Shown: positions 59,083 to 64,000 of the stretch, in pieces | How positions within the stretch are numbered: position 1 is the stretch's first letter | Layout of the letters: each line of letters starts with the position of its first letter | NCBI GenBank assembly: GCA_965153285.1 | Contig: OZ229115.1 | Length of the DNA: 64,000 bases | Strand: one strand, 5' to 3' | From: Podarcis tiliguerta | Taxonomy: Eukaryota | Notes under the pieces: generated by a model | Databases searched by the model: none | The model's input: the letters and a program-made list of their open reading frames with translations, nothing else | What the model was told of the DNA's origin: nothing | Made by a program: the position numbers and the translations under genes

Positions 59083-62000
59083 GGTTAAGGTGTCAGAACC
59101 TCTTGGACATGTTGCAGAGGTGGGGACAGAATGTGGCATTGGAGGCCAAGGGAAATAAGTGACCTAATCCAGTTTTTACTTAGAAAAATGGACTTTCTAA
59201 CGTTCCTTTGGAGACATGAAACAGTTTGAATTCTTAAGGACATGGGGAAAGAAGAAAGGAGAGGCTCCAAACTCATCTACCGTTTGAAATACAGGTGTTT
59301 TCAGAAGTCTCTCTTTCTTTGCAAAAGTTCAATTACCATGTAAATCATGATTCACTGACAATGAAGCATAGATGGTGGGAATAAATTTCACCTACAGCTT
59401 GTAAGACTAAGTGGTAGTAAGAGGTGATGTCCACATTTTAAACGGATCGGGTCTTCCAGCCCTTTCAGAGCTTTGAGGTGTAGTTTCCCCATCACAACCA
59501 GACATCATGGTGTGTCACAGGGCTGTAGAGCTGCAGACTTAAAGGGACAGAGGCCCTATTCTGGTGAGATGCCCCCTCCCAAAACTGATTTCTGCAGCAA
59601 TGAAAATAAAGAGTACCCAGTGAAACAAAACAGAAATCGCTAACATCACTCTCTTTCTCATAAATGGCATTTAAAAAGCAGAGATATTCAATATTTGTGA
59701 TTTTTTTTGGGTGGGGAGGGAGATGTAAAAAGTCTTATTTCCAAAATTTGAATATTAAGCTATATAGACTCATCAACATATGAAATCCACCCCAAACTTA
59801 ACTCCTAATGTTCCAGATTAAATTATCACATTCAAGATGCAGCTTTCAATATCTTTGAATTGTCAGATTCAAAGCGGATCTGGGCATTTGTGTGATAATT
59901 CCCACATACAAAACTCATTGAATTTGCACTCCCTGCCCCCCACCCCCCAATGTGTTTCAGCTCTTCAAATAAACCACCTTGATTTGTTCAAGAGCTGCTA
60001 TAGTGGTAAAAGGCATTTAATGTGACATGACAGAGGCAAAAAGATGTAAACACTTCACAAGATTAGAGAAAGTGTTAATCTCCCTATTTTAATCAGACAC
60101 AAATGAAACCAACATAATCTGTGGCCACCACCATACAGGTACATAGGACTCATGCTCAGGCCTGCCAGCTCTATCGCCTTCCTGGTAAGTTAAAGGAGAA
60201 GTGGAAGAATCAGTCATAAATTGAATTGCTCTGCTTTCAGTTCCAGGTCAAGTGCATTTGCCCCAGAACTAAAATTAAATCAATTAGCTTTGACATTCTC
60301 TATATGATAGGTCGGCCCATGGCTTTCTGCGGAAGTGTTAGCACTCACACATAAAACGAAATTTGGGCAACTGTCTAGTGTTATCTTCAGAAATGAAGAA
60401 CAGGGATTTTGGCATGTCTTTCTCAACTGCTACTCCTGGAGGTAACATGCAGCTGGTGACAAGGGATGCCAGCAACCAAGTTTTGAGGTTCTGCCCTTGT
60501 TAAGGTGCTTGCCAAGTCCTCTGTACCAATAACTGGCTGAAAGTGATGCCTCTTCAGCAGCAGTTAAAAGGCACAAAGGCTGATCCTACACGGGGGTTTT
60601 GCCATCAATTGCATAAGGACAAGGTGATGAACACCAGCTATTCAAGAGTCATGAAGACAGCAAATAGGCAAATACAGGTGGGAATGGCAGAAGAACAGGA
60701 AGAAGCCAACATTTTAGGGTGAGATCTGGTCTTTATTTACCTTCTTCGCCAGCAGGTCAAATGTATAGTAAATGTAAGTTTCCAACATCTGTTTGGATGA
60801 GTAGTTTAAATTTTGGAGAAACATTTAGGGTGACTTTTTTTTTTTGCTCATCTGACAGCAGTGGAACAGGCAGACATTAAACAGACATTTCCCAACATCG
60901 ACATGACTGACAAAGCTGGATTTCTACTATGCTGTTCTGCCAAGGTATAGTGCCAGTATCGGGTAGGTGGAAGACAATTTTAGTCTGAATTGAGCTCAGA
61001 TGGAAATCTTCCGTTCAGTTGTGTCATGTGAATATAAAGCTATTGACTTTAGAAACACAGCCCAGGACCCCCAGGACCACACAGCTAATTCCCTTAGCCA
61101 AGAGGCTTTAGGCTTATATTTCTTCAATAGCAGCCCCCTTCTCCAAATTTCACTTTTGAAACACATGCAGAATGTGATATTATACAGTATAAGGGGTGGG
61201 TGGTTCTAAAACCTAGGGTTGCTCAACAGCTTTTCACTTTTTGAAATATGGCAATCCTATAAAACCACAGCACTGAAATGCTACCTTTTTCTCCTTTCAG
61301 CTGAGTTTCAATACATAATTTACTTTCTTATTCTAAACACGTATCAAGCTTATTTTTTAAAATGTATATATAGACAGTGCCAAATGATCATTATGAGGTT
61401 TTATATAGGAAATTCCTAAGCTCAGTACAGATTAAATATGACAGAAAATTGCAGATCTCAGCCAGACTGAGCAAGTGTTTAAGAATCAATGGTCATTGTG
61501 ACCATAATCAGGATGTGAACACTGTGATTAACTTGATAGAAGGGGTGGGTGGGGAAATGAATAAGAATACAGTATAAATGTTTTTAAAAATTACAGGTTT
61601 GTTGCAGGCATTTCATATGGGATTGTTTTAACAGGACAACGCTTATCTAAAATAATTAGAGTGAAACCCAGTTATTCCTGAAATGGTCTTGATTAGAGGA
61701 GACCTCCTCCATGCATCTGGCTACAGAATCAAAGCTATTTGTTCTCATAATCTAATGACTATATTTATTGGGTGCTCTAGATTCTAAAAGACTTTCTTCA
61801 AAGTGTGGGTACTCATGCTGTTCTCTAGAGGGTATTCATTCTACTCTCCAGGGTCCAGACCTCCATGTCTTTGGCTTACACCTGGTCAACAACTTCAGAT
61901 CGCTTCTTCACTGACACGCAGCCTGAACCTATGTATCCACTGAATTCAGTGGTGCTTACTCTCGAGAAAGTGTGCATAGGACACTTTATTTTACCTTCTG

Positions 62001-63894
62001 TTTTTGACCCACTTACTTCATCCCTCCAGCCTCATTCAACCTCTTATCTCACATCCTTCATTACTTCCTCCAACATACTTTATTACCTCTAAAATTATGT
62101 GTAAGCCCCTTTCTTTGCTGAAGTCCTTGGCATTAGCATCAACACCAGAATAAGATAACATGAATAAATATGAAGTGCTCTGCTGTTGGCAAGGATCGAA
62201 AAATGTTGTTTTCCCACTAAACATAATATTAAGGCATGATCCTGCCATCCCACTGAAATCAATGGAAGAAATGTGACTATTTACATATCTGTTTCCCATT
62301 GAAAGCAATTGTCACAAACTTATCTGGTTGGTGCCCTTAGAACTCAACCTGATAAAAGTACTCAGAACAAGGGTCTCTGAAAACGTCTGTTTTTATTTTA
62401 TTCAGATTACTTTTAATAATTACCTTCCTTAGGGCAAGGAAATATTTTCATTAGAGGAAGTTTGCCATGATCAGCCTCAGGATAAAATGCATGGGGTAAA
62501 GATGCAAATTTAGGATTTTAAAATTTGTTGGTTTTTTTCCTTTTTAGAAGTTATTTTATTTTACACTTACACACACACTGATGTCCTTCAAAAAATTCCC
62601 ACATCCAACTGTGCTCTGTACACATGGGTTTAAACACTTGCTCATGAAGTTATGGAGCCATGAATGATATTGAAAGAAAAACTAGGCTAGCTTTTATGCA
62701 AGTAATCAGAGGGAGGAAGAGCCCACTGCATTTCAAAAAGGCCATGTGTGATTAAGAACAACGTTAATACAAGCTTGACCTTTCAATAACTGTGAACCTC
62801 TGCAGCACCCATCAACCACTGCTGGCAGTGCTCAAAATGATCTTTCAAAGGGTCCATTTCACATCACATGACACTACTGAACTGAAGATTCAGACATCCA
62901 TCTTCTATTTGAAGTCAATGGCAAAACTCCCATAGATTTTTCATGGGTCTTACAGCCCCAGTAAAATTAAGGATATGCCAGAATGCCTCATGACTAGCCA
63001 CCACATCAGCCCAGTGAAAGGAACAAATATGCAATTCGTGTATTTTTAAAGGAAAGACATGTGCCATAAGATATAGTTTTAAGTAGTTCTATTGGGACTT
63101 GTTTGGTTTATTTGTTATTTTTGTGTTCCAGTTTGCACATGAACCTGGTATCTCAATTTGTGACACCACACTGTAGAGAGTGTGATGTCATAAAGAAAGG
63201 CACTGATGTCATAGGCTCCCTAGCGCAACAACAAGGGACTAAAGGAAATGACAAGGCCATTTGGCCCTACTATGTACGTAACTCACTGGAAAGAAATTGA
63301 AATGTGATATATTCACTGGAAGCACCAATTAGTCTAACACTGGTAATTTCTACAATAACCAGGGTGTGATTTCATGACGCTTGGTGACCAAGAATATAAC
63401 CAGAGATAAATGGCCTTTCTTGGTAACTAAGAGGCATGCCTATTTCTCCAACACTTCTTTAAAAACAACAACAACCCACATTGGAGTTTCAAAATAGACC
63501 TGCAGCCTTATTACTGGGACATTTTACTGGGTCATGTTGGGTTTCTCTCACCTTCAGATCCAAATCAAAATCCACGCTCGTGGATGGAGGGGTGGGAATG
63601 GGGAAGATTAAACCCAAAAAGAAAAGGAAGCTGTAGATCAGAAAATGTATTTCTTGCTGAAAAGGGGGTGTGGGGGTGGAGATATAAAGCCCATGAAAAG
63701 CCCACAAAAGAACAACTATTTAACGGTGCCAGTTCAGGAGAATGTAGGAGGTTTTCTCAAAGGGGTGAGGGAAGTGGGTTTATTTCAGAAAATGGACGAA
63801 GATGACCCTCTTGGCTGAAGAAAGCATTGTGAGGAACTGGTGAAGCTGAAAGTTAAAAGGATAATGCCCCACAGTGTAGACTTCCTGAAGTAGC

Positions 63895-64000
63895 TTAGTA
63901 GTTGTATTGGCGCTGGCATGGCTGGTAGACAAAGCTGCCTTGGTGTTTGGCCCGTCGCGGGCGGCACTCTCTGGTGCGGTTCTGCCGCTGCATGACTTTC
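63895..64000 (-). CDS. TP53INP2: Tumor protein p53-inducible nuclear protein 2 (DOR), C-terminal end of last coding exon (continues beyond the window)
   Basis: The minus strand reads KVMQRQNRTRECRPRRAKHQGSFVYQPCQRQYNY* (TAA at 63897-63895), matching the recalled TP53INP2 end QRQNRARESRPRRSKNQSSFIYQPCQRQFNY. Convergent orientation to NCOA6 fits the known synteny. Confidence 0.93.
   Translation of the reverse strand, partial: KVMQRQNRTRECRPRRAKHQGSFVYQPCQRQYNY

Noticed and set aside
1-64000. CRISPR arrays, operons or other prokaryotic systems
   Set aside because: The DNA is intron-containing vertebrate sequence; no regularly spaced repeat-spacer array is present.

Overview
Vertebrate genomic DNA from a squamate, most likely a lacertid lizard (inferred from Sauria-type SINEs and a BovB LINE). 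The window holds the syntenic block GGT7-NCOA6-TP53INP2. It contains the last two coding exons of GGT7 (+, 204-303 and 1909-2072). It contains a complete NCOA6 gene (+): CpG-island promoter at about 11.0-11.8 kb, two predicted non-coding exons, and 13 coding exons over 24341-49066 that splice to 6108 nt (2035 aa), with one GC-AG intron. The C-terminal coding end of TP53INP2 (-, 63895-64000) converges on NCOA6 and appears to have a very long 3' UTR. Introns and UTRs carry a CpG-rich solo LTR, three Sauria SINEs, a 5'-truncated BovB copy, MITEs with TA, 7-bp and 8-bp TSDs, and many short palindromic MITEs. Gene identities come from my recall of the human proteins, not from a database search. Most ORFs in the supplied track are spurious. 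I found no demonstrably new system. The best leads are candidate alternative terminal and poison exons in NCOA6 intron 9, a recursive-splice-like junction in GGT7, an open frame running through the solo LTR, uORFs in the NCOA6 leader, and CpG-retaining elements in the putative TP53INP2 3' UTR.
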